Notes: generated from the sequence alone by a model not told the origin. A DNA stretch of 64,000 nt from Thermoanaerobaculales bacterium (GCA_036351195.1 JAZBOQ010000114.1:11832-75831); one strand, 5' to 3'. Shown: positions 20,942 to 30,096, counted from the first letter of the stretch. A program made the numbers and translations.

Positions 20942-22672
20942 TCACGGCGCCGAGAGGACCTCGTCCAGCATCTCCAGGGGAACACCGCCCGAAGCCAACA
21001 CCGCGTTGTTGAAGACCTTGGCATCGAAGTCGTCGCCGAGAAGGTCCCGCTGCGTTCGCCAGGTCCGGTCGAAGGCCCGGAAGCCGATGAAGTACGACGG
21101 AAGCTGGATCGGCGTCAGCACCGCCCGGTGCCACAGGTTTTCGGCGAACTGGGGCGGCAGCAGCCCGGTTTCCACCGCGAAATCGTGCAGCGCCTCCCGC
21201 CCCCACCCCCGGCAGTGGACCTGGACGCTGACGTAGGCGCGCACCGCGTTCTCGAGCCGCTTCCGCAGGTGGGCCATCCGGGTCAGCAGCCGGTCGTCGT
21301 CCCATCCGGCGTCCAGCGCCATCTGCTCGCAGAAGGAGGCCCAGCCCTCGGTGAAGCCGTCGCCGGCGAAGAGCGGCCGGATGCGGCTCGGGTGGCTGGC
21401 AGCGGCCTTGAGCTGGAGGTAGTGGCCGGGATAGATCTCGTGGGTGATGATCATGGTGTTGAAGGAGTGGTTGAATGACCGGTAGAAACCGGCACGGACC
21501 GCGTCAGGAGCGGTATCCGGCACTGTCGGCAGGTAGAACAGGGTCTCGGCCTCGGGGTCGAAGGGACCGGCCGGGTAGACGCCCCCCACCGCAGCGCCGG
21601 CGAAGTGGCTCGGCGACAGGGCGGTGTAGAGCGTCCGCTGGGCCGGCAGGTCCACCAGGTCTCGCTGCCGCAGGAAGTCCTCAGAGCGATCGATGAGCGT
21701 CAGAAACTCCTGCAGGAAGGCGGCCTGGCCACCGGCGTTCTCGGCCTCCATGTCGGCCAGCAGCGGCCGCACCAGCTCGTCGAAAGCTTCGGGCGCGCCG
21801 GCGGCGGCGTCGCCCACCCACGCCGACCGTGCCAGATCTTCCATCAGCCCGCGAACGGTTTCGATCTCCGCGAGAGCCCGACCTTCCAGCACTTCGGGGG
21901 TCGTCTCGTCGCCGTAGGCCAGCACCAGCTCACGGGCCAGCAGCTCCCGCCCCCATGCGTCCTCGGCCGCGATCTCGAGCTCGGCTTCGAGCCAGGCGGC
22001 CAGGTCGTCCAGGGCTGCCGCAGCCGGCACCGCGGCAGACTCGATCCTATCGGCGGCGGGCGCACCCGGTTCGAGCTCCAGCGCCGACGCCAGTCCGTCC
22101 TCGAGAAAGCCGGCCGTGGCCCGGAGGTCGCGGACGGCCGCCGCCGTGGCCGCGGGTCGGCCGCTTCGAAGGTTCGCCTTCGCTTCATCGGCGAGCCGAC
22201 GCAGCCCCTCCAGACGCCGAAGGACCGCGTCGAGCCTATCGGCCGGCGCCAGGTTCCGGCGCACGAGAATCGGCGTCAGCGCGTGGTTGGCGACAGTCGA
22301 GTAGGTTCGGGGATCGGTGCGGTGCGCCTGCCGGTCCGACCAGCGGTGGATCTCGCCGGCGATCTGCTGCAGCAGCAGCGTTCGGTCCACTCGATCGTCG
22401 AGCCCGATCGGGTCCGGAAGGCCCTCGAGGCGCTGTCGACATCTGTGGTTGACCTCGAGCCAGGCATCGACCGTCGGCTGATCGAAGGTCTCGAATGCCG
22501 TGGCGGCATCGACCTTCCCGGCCGACAGAGCCAGGGACGGAAAGAACGCCGCCCACGCGGCGACGTAGTCGTCGGCGACCGACCGGAGATCGTCAGCGGG
22601 GCGCATCCCGCACCCCACCACCAGCACGGCCACCATTGCGACACCGACTCCAGAGCAGATGACGATTTTCAT
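20942..22672 (-). CDS. DUF885 family lipoprotein
   Basis: Lipobox VLVVGCG. Hallmark HEIYPGHYLQ motif. Confidence 0.8.
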   Translation of the reverse strand: MKIVICSGVGVAMVAVLVVGCGMRPADDLRSVADDYVAAWAAFFPSLALSAGKVDAATAFETFDQPTVDAWLEVNHRCRQRLEGLPDPIGLDDRVDRTLLLQQIAGEIHRWSDRQAHRTDPRTYSTVANHALTPILVRRNLAPADRLDAVLRRLEGLRRLADEAKANLRSGRPAATAAAVRDLRATAGFLEDGLASALELEPGAPAADRIESAAVPAAAALDDLAAWLEAELEIAAEDAWGRELLARELVLAYGDETTPEVLEGRALAEIETVRGLMEDLARSAWVGDAAAGAPEAFDELVRPLLADMEAENAGGQAAFLQEFLTLIDRSEDFLRQRDLVDLPAQRTLYTALSPSHFAGAAVGGVYPAGPFDPEAETLFYLPTVPDTAPDAVRAGFYRSFNHSFNTMIITHEIYPGHYLQLKAAASHPSRIRPLFAGDGFTEGWASFCEQMALDAGWDDDRLLTRMAHLRKRLENAVRAYVSVQVHCRGWGREALHDFAVETGLLPPQFAENLWHRAVLTPIQLPSYFIGFRAFDRTWRTQRDLLGDDFDAKVFNNAVLASGGVPLEMLDEVLSAP

Positions 22673-22913
22673 GCCGCGATCCTCTCACAACCGTGCGATC
22701 AGGAATGGTCCGCCGGAGACGCGATCTAAGGCTGCGGCGCCGACCCTCGGAGCAGATCGTCCGCCGACGTGTTGACGTTCGCCCATCCGTGACCCACCTT
22801 ATTCAACAAGCTCGTCGAGAAAACTGATCCGACGTGGTCCGCTGCCGGCGGTCCGTTGAATACCCACGGAGGAAAGACCTCGCAACAAACCGGGAATTCT
22901 AGGAGGATTCATC

Positions 22914-23903
22914 ATGTCTCGAAGGTCGAAGCCGATACCGATTTTCTTGTTCGTCGTCATCGCCGCGGCCACAGCCGTTTCATCGAACGCGCAGAGCATC
23001 CAACCACCGTTCGACGCCGATTACTCTCTGAACAACCTCGGACCCGTGCCCGGCCTGCCCCTTCCCTACGGTGGGTTGACCTTCCTGCAGGGTGATCCCA
23101 ACACCCTGTTGATCGGCGGAGAAGCCAACTACTCGGACGGAGAGATTTACGCGATCTCGGTGGTGCGGGACACAGCCAACCACGTGATCGGTTTTTCGGG
23201 AACGGCGAGATTCTACTGCGACGGGGCCTACAACGACGGCGGACTCGATTGGGGCCCCGGCAACGTCCTGTTCTACAGCCGGTACCCGACCAACGAGCTC
23301 GGCCAGGTGGTGTGGGGCAGCGCCGTGACGGACCGGGTTGTCGATCTCGCTGCCGTGGGGGTCAGCCAGACTCCCGGAGCGCTGCTGTTCGTCCCGCCCG
23401 GGCACCCCGGAGCGGGCAGCCTCAAGCTCTGCAGCTGGCCGGGGGGCGACTGGTACGACCTGGCTTACTCTCCCGACGGAACCGGGACCTTCGACATCGA
23501 CGCCTCCGATTATCAGACCACCATCAGCGGAGGCCCGGAAGGTTTCATCTACATCCCTACCGGTTCACCCGGATTCCCGAGTCCCAGTATTCTGGTGTCC
23601 GAGTTCTCGGCCAACACGGTCGGCGCCTACGAGGTCGACAGCAATGGCGACCCGTTGCCGGGGACCCGTCGAGACTTCATCACCGGTCTCAACGGAGCCG
23701 AGGGCGCGGTCATCGATCCGTTGACGGGAGACTTCCTCTTCTCCACCTGGGGCACGGGGACCGACGTTGTCATGGTCGTCGAGGGCTTTGCACCCCTCCA
23801 GCCGTCCGCCGAACCGATCCCGACACTCAACGCCACCGGCATCGCACTGTTCGTGCTTCTGATGCTGGCTACGGGCATCGTCGTGCTCTGGCGGAGGCTG
23901 TAA
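22914..23903 (+). CDS. Secreted protein with IPTL-CTERM-type sorting tail
   Basis: AGGAGGA Shine-Dalgarno. Signal peptide. C-terminus PIPTLNATGIALFVLLMLATGIVVLWRRL = IPTL motif + TM helix + basic cluster. Confidence 0.75.
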   Translation: MSRRSKPIPIFLFVVIAAATAVSSNAQSIQPPFDADYSLNNLGPVPGLPLPYGGLTFLQGDPNTLLIGGEANYSDGEIYAISVVRDTANHVIGFSGTARFYCDGAYNDGGLDWGPGNVLFYSRYPTNELGQVVWGSAVTDRVVDLAAVGVSQTPGALLFVPPGHPGAGSLKLCSWPGGDWYDLAYSPDGTGTFDIDASDYQTTISGGPEGFIYIPTGSPGFPSPSILVSEFSANTVGAYEVDSNGDPLPGTRRDFITGLNGAEGAVIDPLTGDFLFSTWGTGTDVVMVVEGFAPLQPSAEPIPTLNATGIALFVLLMLATGIVVLWRRL

Positions 23904-23966
23904 TAGGCTCGACATCGGCATCGACTCTGCCAAACCCGGTCACAGACATGTGGAAGTGTGCACGTG
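23821..23966 (+). repeat. Duplicated block (IPTL tail coding end plus about 65 nt of 3' flank), copy 1
   Basis: Aligns by eye at roughly 85-90% identity with 32499..32643. Confidence 0.8.
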
Positions 23967-24005
23967 GCCACCATCGCAGCGACGATCTTCAGAGTCGTGA
24001 CCGGA

Positions 24006-24461
24006 TCAGCGGTTCGATGCCGACTGGTCAGCACCTACCGGCTGCGATCCGCGATCGATGATGAGCACCTCTGCCTGGCCACAGATCGGGTCGCCGTCGA
24101 TGGTCATCGCGACCAGGGTGAACGTATTGAAGGCGTTCAGCGCCAGGCCGTCGATGGACTTGATGTCGTCCATCAGGAACTTGGCGACGAAATAGCCCCG
24201 GTCGTCGGCCTTCCAGGCGTCGATCGCGACACCGCTGAGGTACACCGTATAGACGTCGACATCGGAGTAGGAGACGTCGGTGTGGACGGTCACGACCGTG
24301 CCGGAGCTTCGCATGTTGAGGGTCTCGGGAGCGATACGGATCTCGTTGTCGCAGGCCCGTGCGTCGGTCGGCGCCAGGAAGAGCGAGATGGCGAGCCCAA
24401 CGGTCAAGCCGACGGTGGCGATGGTCGTGATGGCGGTCGATGGAGCTGTGTGACGGTTCAT
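24006..24461 (-). CDS. Small secreted hypothetical protein
   Basis: GGAGG Shine-Dalgarno before the internal ATG at 24461. Signal/TM segment ITTIATVGLTVGLAISLFLAP. The upstream part of ORF 24006..24710 is Arg-rich and not coding-like. Confidence 0.55.
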   Translation of the reverse strand: MNRHTAPSTAITTIATVGLTVGLAISLFLAPTDARACDNEIRIAPETLNMRSSGTVVTVHTDVSYSDVDVYTVYLSGVAIDAWKADDRGYFVAKFLMDDIKSIDGLALNAFNTFTLVAMTIDGDPICGQAEVLIIDRGSQPVGADQSASNR

Positions 24462-24771
24462 ATACCCTCCAAGGTCGTGGTCTCGAAGACCGGTTGACGT
24501 TGCAACGGTCCCGCGTGGACCGCGCTGCTGATATCGCCGGCCGATCCGACGTCCAGCTCGCAATCGGCCAATCGTCTGCACGTCCGATGCCACGTCGCTT
24601 TCCCTCCCGTCAAGTGACGCGCTCATGTAGATTTGAGGCTTCTGCAGAAGCCGGCCCTGCCCTCCTCGACAGCGCCGAACCGGGTCGAATCGCCCCGGGG
24701 CGCGGGACATCGCGACACAACACCCCGTGGGCGCCTACTCCGCTTCGCATCGCGTCGGCTACGATGGGCGA

Positions 24772-26922
24772 ATGAACCAGCAGGCCACGCCCGAGCAAAT
24801 TCCGTCCGCCGCGGCCTTCGGTAGACGCGATGTCGTTCCGGCAGCGGTCGCCGCGTTTCTGATCGTGGCGATGTGGCTTGCCGGGTGGATGGATCCTCTC
24901 GATCGGATCGTTGGCGACACCGCCTTGAGATGGACCCACCTGAACCCTACCGACGTGCCGGTCGCGGTGGTGGCGATCGACGACGCATCGGTTGCCGCAA
25001 TCGGGCCACTGCCGTGGCCACGTCCTATCATCGCCCGGCTCGTCACCGCCACCCGCGAGGCCGGTGCGGGAGCGGTGGCGGTCGATCTGTTGCTCATCGA
25101 CTCCTCCGATACTCTGGGCGATACCGAGCTCGAGACGAGCCTCGAGGCGGGACCCTCGGTACTGGCTGCGGCGCTCGATCCCGTCGGCCGTTGGCTCCTG
25201 CCGCATCCGCAGTTCGGCGGAGTCGACCGCGCAGCCCACGTCCACGCCGAGATCGGCGCCGACGGGGTCGCCCGAACCATCGCGGCGACAAAACAGGCGG
25301 AAGGGCTCTCGCTTCCCGCGTTCTCGCTCTCCATCGCCCGCCTGATCGATCCGGAGATCGCCATCCGACCTGGTGTTTCGCTGCGGCCCGATTTCCGGCC
25401 GGCGCCGGACCGAATCACCCGGATCCCTGCCGTCGAGCTGTTGGCCGCTCCGGAGGCCGCAGCTTGCTTGGCCGGCAGAGCGGTACTGATCGGCGTCACC
25501 GCCACTGGAGCCGGCGACCGGCTGATCGTGCCAACCGGTCCAGGAACGGCGCCGTCTCCCGGGGTTCTGGTCCACGCCTCGGCGGCGGCCTCGATTCTCC
25601 GCAGCGGTCTGGTCCAACGGCAGAGCCTCTGGTGGGCTTTGCTCTGCATGGTGGCGGCGGCCCTGGCACCCCAACTTATTCGAAGCCGAACCGGGTCGCT
25701 TCGGCCGTGGTCGCTCGTGGCGATGACCGTCGTCATCGGGGCCGTTGTCATCGCCGCCATGGAGTGGCGGCACGTCCTGGTCTCTGCGCCGGCCCTGGTG
25801 GTCACGATGATGCTGTCCGCCGCGCTTCGCGAGGGCTTCGAGTCGAAGCAGGCGCAACGGGAGAGCGGTCTGTTGCTGCAGTCGCTGATCCGGCATCACC
25901 GACCCGCCTCGCGCGTCGGCGTCCCGCGCTCCGCGGGCGCCAGATTGACGGCACTCCGGCAGCTCCAGGCGGTCGTTCTCGAGCGGGATGCCGCCCGTCG
26001 GACCCTGCTCGACGGCATGCGAGACGGAGTCCTGATGTGGGATCGCCACGGTGCCACCCGAGTGATCAACCCGGCAGCAATCGAGCTCTGGGGCGGCGAG
26101 CCGGGACGTAGTGACATCGACACGTTGCGCCTTGATGCGGAGAGCACCGCCGTCGTCGATCGTCACGGCAGAGAGGTTGAAATCTCAGTCTTTCCCGTCG
26201 GTAACGACAGGATGGCGCTGCTGCGTGATGTCACCGCCGAACGGGAGATCGAGCGCCGACGGCGAGACATGCAGCGGTTGGTGTCGCACGAGTTGAAGAC
26301 GCCGCTGTCATCCATCGCCGGTTTCGGCGAGACCCTCGAGCGCTACGAGCTCGACCCTGAGGAACAGCGCCGGGTGGCGGCCCTCATCCGCCGTGAGTCA
26401 GTGCGACTCGGCGAGATGGTGGCGACCTTCCTCGATCTCGAACGGCTCGGCTCCGATTCCTCGGCGCTTGCACGCGAAGCAGTCGACCTCGGTGAGCTCG
26501 TCGGACAACGGCTCGCGGTCCTCGCCGAGACGGCGCGCGCCCGAGGTCAGACCATCGCCTCCGAGCTCGAGACCGGCGTCGTGGTCCGGGCTTCGGTCGA
26601 GCTGGTCTCGCGGGTCGCCGATAACCTTATCGGCAACGCTCTCAAATACTCCGAGGAAGGATCGACGGTGACGGTCGGTGTCCACCGCCGCGGCGGCGAT
26701 GCGACCATGGTCGTCACCGACCGCGGGCCGGGGATCCCCGATGATGCCCGGCGCCGGATCTTCGAGCGTTTCTACCGTGTTCCGGGTGTCGAGGGTGCCG
26801 GCTCGGGCCTCGGCCTCGCAGTGGTCGACGAGGTTGTGGCCTGGCACGGAGGGTGCATAGAATTGGACAGTACGGTCGGACGGGGGAGCACTTTCACCGT
26901 GCGCCTGCCGGCGGAGGAATGA
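24772..26922 (+). CDS. CHASE2-domain sensor histidine kinase
   Basis: CHASE2-like VAIDDASVAAIGPLPWPRPIIARLV. Transmembrane cluster. PAS-like segment. HisKA LVSHELKTPLSSI. HATPase GSGLGLAVV. The alternative GTG start is at 24727. Confidence 0.85.
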   Translation: MNQQATPEQIPSAAAFGRRDVVPAAVAAFLIVAMWLAGWMDPLDRIVGDTALRWTHLNPTDVPVAVVAIDDASVAAIGPLPWPRPIIARLVTATREAGAGAVAVDLLLIDSSDTLGDTELETSLEAGPSVLAAALDPVGRWLLPHPQFGGVDRAAHVHAEIGADGVARTIAATKQAEGLSLPAFSLSIARLIDPEIAIRPGVSLRPDFRPAPDRITRIPAVELLAAPEAAACLAGRAVLIGVTATGAGDRLIVPTGPGTAPSPGVLVHASAAASILRSGLVQRQSLWWALLCMVAAALAPQLIRSRTGSLRPWSLVAMTVVIGAVVIAAMEWRHVLVSAPALVVTMMLSAALREGFESKQAQRESGLLLQSLIRHHRPASRVGVPRSAGARLTALRQLQAVVLERDAARRTLLDGMRDGVLMWDRHGATRVINPAAIELWGGEPGRSDIDTLRLDAESTAVVDRHGREVEISVFPVGNDRMALLRDVTAEREIERRRRDMQRLVSHELKTPLSSIAGFGETLERYELDPEEQRRVAALIRRESVRLGEMVATFLDLERLGSDSSALAREAVDLGELVGQRLAVLAETARARGQTIASELETGVVVRASVELVSRVADNLIGNALKYSEEGSTVTVGVHRRGGDATMVVTDRGPGIPDDARRRIFERFYRVPGVEGAGSGLGLAVVDEVVAWHGGCIELDSTVGRGSTFTVRLPAEE

Positions 26923-26926
26923 GGCG

Positions 26927-28276
26927 ATGGGACAGCGGATTCTGGTTGTCGATGACGACCCGGCCATGTGCGAGATGATGGCCCTGGCCCTGTCCAAGGA
27001 AGGGTACGAAGTCCAGCGGGCAGGCACCGTCTCCGAGGCCATCACGGTGATTCGGGAGCAGGACATCGACCTGGTAGTGGCGGACATTTACCTCGGAGAT
27101 GGGACCGGGCTCGACCTCGTCGACGCCGTTGAGATTCGGTCCTCGAACCCCCGGTTCATCCTGGTCACCGCCCGCGGGAGCGTCGAGACCGCCGCCGTTG
27201 CCCACGACCACGGGGTCTTCGACTACCTCGCGAAACCGTTCAAGATCGAGCGCCTGGTCGATCGGGTCAGCGCGGCCCTCGGCCCGTCCGTTCCAGCTCC
27301 GAGCCCACCGGATGACGGTCCGCGGTCGATGATCGTCGGCAGTGATCCGTCCATCGTCGAGGTCTACAAGGCGGTGGCTCGGGTGGCGCCGCTGCCAATC
27401 CCGGTCCTGATCCGAGGTGAGACAGGAACCGGCAAGGAGCTCGTCGCCACGGCGCTCCACCGTTTCGGATCCAACCCACAGGGCCCCTTCGTTCCGATCA
27501 ACTGCGGAGCGATCCCGGAGAACCTGCTCGAGAGCGAGCTCTTCGGTCACCGCAGGGGGTCATTCACCGGCGCACATACCGACCACCCCGGTGCGGTCGA
27601 GGCGGCTCGCGACGGCACCCTCTTCCTCGACGAGGTCGGCGAGCTTCCGGCGGCGCTTCAGGTCAAGCTGCTCCGCTTCCTCCAGTCCGGGGAGATCCAG
27701 GCCGTGGGCTCGAAGCAGCGTGTCGAGGTTCCGGTCCGGGTCGTCGCGGCGACCCACCGCGATCTTCGGGCCGAGGCGAGCGCTGGACTGTTCAGGGAGG
27801 ATGTCTACTACCGAATTGCCGCCTACGAGATCGAGCTGCCGCCGTTGCGCGATCGACCCTCTGACATCCCGATGCTGGTCGAGCACTTCCGCCGCCGCCA
27901 CGGCGGAGCCGAGGCCAGTCCCGCGGGAGAAGAAGTCCTACGTTTGCTCGCTCGCCACCCGTGGCCCGGCAACGTCCGCCAGCTCGAGCACGTCGTGCAG
28001 CGGACCATCATCGATAGCGGCGGGCTCACCGACGACGAAGTTGTCGGACAGATTCTCGAGTCCCTGAGCGACCGCAACGACCCGGTAGAAGACACGCTGA
28101 AGGCAGGCGACGAGGTCACTCTCAAGGATCTCGAGGCCCGGCACATCGAGGGAGTTCTCCGACGCTGCTCAGGCAACAGGACCCTCGCCGCACGGATTCT
28201 CGGGATTGAACGCAAGACGCTTTACCGCAAGGCGAAACGGTTGGGAATCCGTCTCGACCCTGAGGAGGCACCGTGA
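26927..28276 (+). CDS. Sigma54-dependent response regulator (NtrC family)
   Basis: REC domain (ILVVDDD...DLVVADIYL). AAA+ core GETGTGKE and ESELFGH, LFLDEVGEL. C-terminal Fis-type HTH (AARILGIERKTLYRKAKRLGI). Confidence 0.9.
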   Translation: MGQRILVVDDDPAMCEMMALALSKEGYEVQRAGTVSEAITVIREQDIDLVVADIYLGDGTGLDLVDAVEIRSSNPRFILVTARGSVETAAVAHDHGVFDYLAKPFKIERLVDRVSAALGPSVPAPSPPDDGPRSMIVGSDPSIVEVYKAVARVAPLPIPVLIRGETGTGKELVATALHRFGSNPQGPFVPINCGAIPENLLESELFGHRRGSFTGAHTDHPGAVEAARDGTLFLDEVGELPAALQVKLLRFLQSGEIQAVGSKQRVEVPVRVVAATHRDLRAEASAGLFREDVYYRIAAYEIELPPLRDRPSDIPMLVEHFRRRHGGAEASPAGEEVLRLLARHPWPGNVRQLEHVVQRTIIDSGGLTDDEVVGQILESLSDRNDPVEDTLKAGDEVTLKDLEARHIEGVLRRCSGNRTLAARILGIERKTLYRKAKRLGIRLDPEEAP

Positions 28277-28995
28277 ACCGAACCACCCTCGTCGCGCTCC
28301 TGGTCGCGTCGGTTGCCGCGGTCGCGGCGGTTGAACCCGACGCCGTTCCGATCACCTACGAGGTGCTTTCGATCGACGGCAAGCTGTTTCTCGAGAACGA
28401 GCCGGAGCCGAGCCGCCTGAACCCGGGCGACCGGCCGGTCTCGGGCGATCGGCTCCGTACGGGATCTTCCACTGTCGCAACCATCGGCGTGCCGACCCAC
28501 ACCGCCGTCTTCCGCATCGACTCGAAGACCAGCTGCACCCTCGCCCACCACCGACCGGGGTTGATTCTGCACGTCGAACGGGGCCGGGTCCGTGCCTTGT
28601 TCGGCAGCTTTACCGGCGCCGAACCCAGGTTGGTGACCACCCCGTCGGCGGTGCTCGCGGTTCGCGGCACCGAGTACGGCGTCAAGGTCAAAAGGAAGGG
28701 CGCCACCCAGATCGTCGTTTTTGAGGGCATCGTCGAGGTCTCCGATCCCGCGGGAGTGTGGACCCCGGTGATCGTCGAGGCCGGTGAGCAGACGCGGGTC
28801 AAGCCCGATCAATCGCCTCAGGCGCCGTCGCCCCACCGGCTGACGCCGCTGGATTGGGATCGCGGTTTCGACCAACCACCGGGACGCGGACGTGACGGGT
28901 CGATGTCGCCTGGTGGACGAGGCATGTCGCCCGGATCCCAATCCGGCAGTGGTCCCGGCAGCAGCGGCAGCGGGTCCAAACGCCGCGGCGGGTGA
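28273..28995 (+). CDS. FecR-domain protein (secreted) with Gly/Ser-rich tail
   Basis: GTGA start/stop overlap with the regulator gene. Signal peptide. FecR-like AVLAVRGTEYGVKV. C-terminal GSQSGSGPGSSGSGS. Confidence 0.75.
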   Translation: MNRTTLVALLVASVAAVAAVEPDAVPITYEVLSIDGKLFLENEPEPSRLNPGDRPVSGDRLRTGSSTVATIGVPTHTAVFRIDSKTSCTLAHHRPGLILHVERGRVRALFGSFTGAEPRLVTTPSAVLAVRGTEYGVKVKRKGATQIVVFEGIVEVSDPAGVWTPVIVEAGEQTRVKPDQSPQAPSPHRLTPLDWDRGFDQPPGRGRDGSMSPGGRGMSPGSQSGSGPGSSGSGSKRRGG

Positions 28996-29047
28996 GTCCG
29001 AACGACCCGGACCGCGGTTCCTCCGGCGAGCACCATTGGCGGTCGGC

Positions 29048-29063
29048 TGGCATGGAGCTTGCG
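29048..29063 (+). promoter_or_regulatory. Sigma54 (-24/-12) promoter candidate TGGCAT-N5-TTGC
   Basis: TGGCATGGAGCTTGCG with exact GG-N10-GC spacing. Lies in the 131-nt gap after fecR-like, about 65 nt upstream of the ATG at 29127. Confidence 0.55.
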
Positions 29064-29126
29064 CTGTGGAGGTTCACCGGTCCGTGGTCGATCGCGCACC
29101 GGATCACGACAAAGGAGGACGTAACG

Positions 29127-30029
29127 ATGAAACGTTCAACTGTCACGCTCACTCTGGTGGCCTGTGCCGTCGTAACGACGATGGCCGCGGCCGAACCCGG
29201 CGCCGATCCGAACCAAGCCTTCGAGGTCAGCGGAATCGTGCTCGCTTTCACCGGCGGTTCCGGTTCTGGAATGCCCATGATCACTGTCGATGATGCCGGC
29301 GTGGGCCAGATCGATGTCGCGCTGGGACCGGTCTGGTACCTTCAAACGTCGGGTTTCTCGGTGTCCGAGGGTGACTCGGTCAATCTTCTCGCCTACCAGT
29401 GCTCGACCTGCGCCGCGGCGGCTGTCGCCGCGTGGGTTGACAACTTGACCAACACCACGGCGGTCGATCTGCGCGACGACGACGGGCGACCGTTGTGGGT
29501 GACGCGACAGTATCAGCGAGGCGGCTCCGCACGCCCCGGCCAGGCGGGCGGCTCGCTCGGCAGCGGCAACGGTGAACCTCCCGGCGAGCCTGGAGGATCC
29601 GGCACCGGCGGCGGTTCGGGCTCGGCCGGAGGCAGCGGCACGCCCGGTGGCTCCGGTAACGGCACGGGCAGCGGGCCGGCCAACGGCAGCGGCCTCGACA
29701 TGTCGCAGGTCGAGACCGGGTCCGGAATCGTGGCGTCGTTCACGGGCCACGCCGGATCTGGGGAGCCCCTGCTCGTCCTCGACGTCGATGGCGAGAGCGT
29801 GGAGATCACCGTCTCGCCCTATCAACCGATCGCCGCCGCCGGGCTGCTGATCGAGGAAGGGACGTCGCTGACCGTCACTTTCGCTCCGACGTTGTGCGAT
29901 GACGAACCGCACCTCGTGGCCATCTCGATCATCGACGACGCTACCGGCGTCCTGATCCAGCTCCGCGACCCTGAGACCGGCTTCCCGATGACCAACGGAG
30001 GCGGACACAACCGACCGAACTGGCCCTGA
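29127..30029 (+). CDS. Secreted protein with two homologous domains joined by a Gly/Ser/Pro linker
   Basis: AAAGGAGGA Shine-Dalgarno. Signal peptide. Domain 1 SGIVLAFTGGSGSGMPMITVDDAGVGQIDVALGPVWYL parallels domain 2 SGIVASFTGHAGSGEPLLVLDVDGESVEITVSPYQPI. Confidence 0.65.
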   Translation: MKRSTVTLTLVACAVVTTMAAAEPGADPNQAFEVSGIVLAFTGGSGSGMPMITVDDAGVGQIDVALGPVWYLQTSGFSVSEGDSVNLLAYQCSTCAAAAVAAWVDNLTNTTAVDLRDDDGRPLWVTRQYQRGGSARPGQAGGSLGSGNGEPPGEPGGSGTGGGSGSAGGSGTPGGSGNGTGSGPANGSGLDMSQVETGSGIVASFTGHAGSGEPLLVLDVDGESVEITVSPYQPIAAAGLLIEEGTSLTVTFAPTLCDDEPHLVAISIIDDATGVLIQLRDPETGFPMTNGGGHNRPNWP

Positions 30030-30065
30030 CCGACACCGATCCTCTACCGAGTCACGGAATCGAAC

Positions 30066-30096
30066 GCGCCCCGGCGACGGGGCGCGGTTCTCATTT
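30066..30096 (+). terminator. Rho-independent terminator candidate
   Basis: gcgccccg-gcga-cggggcgc stem-loop followed by ggttctcattt. Confidence 0.6.
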
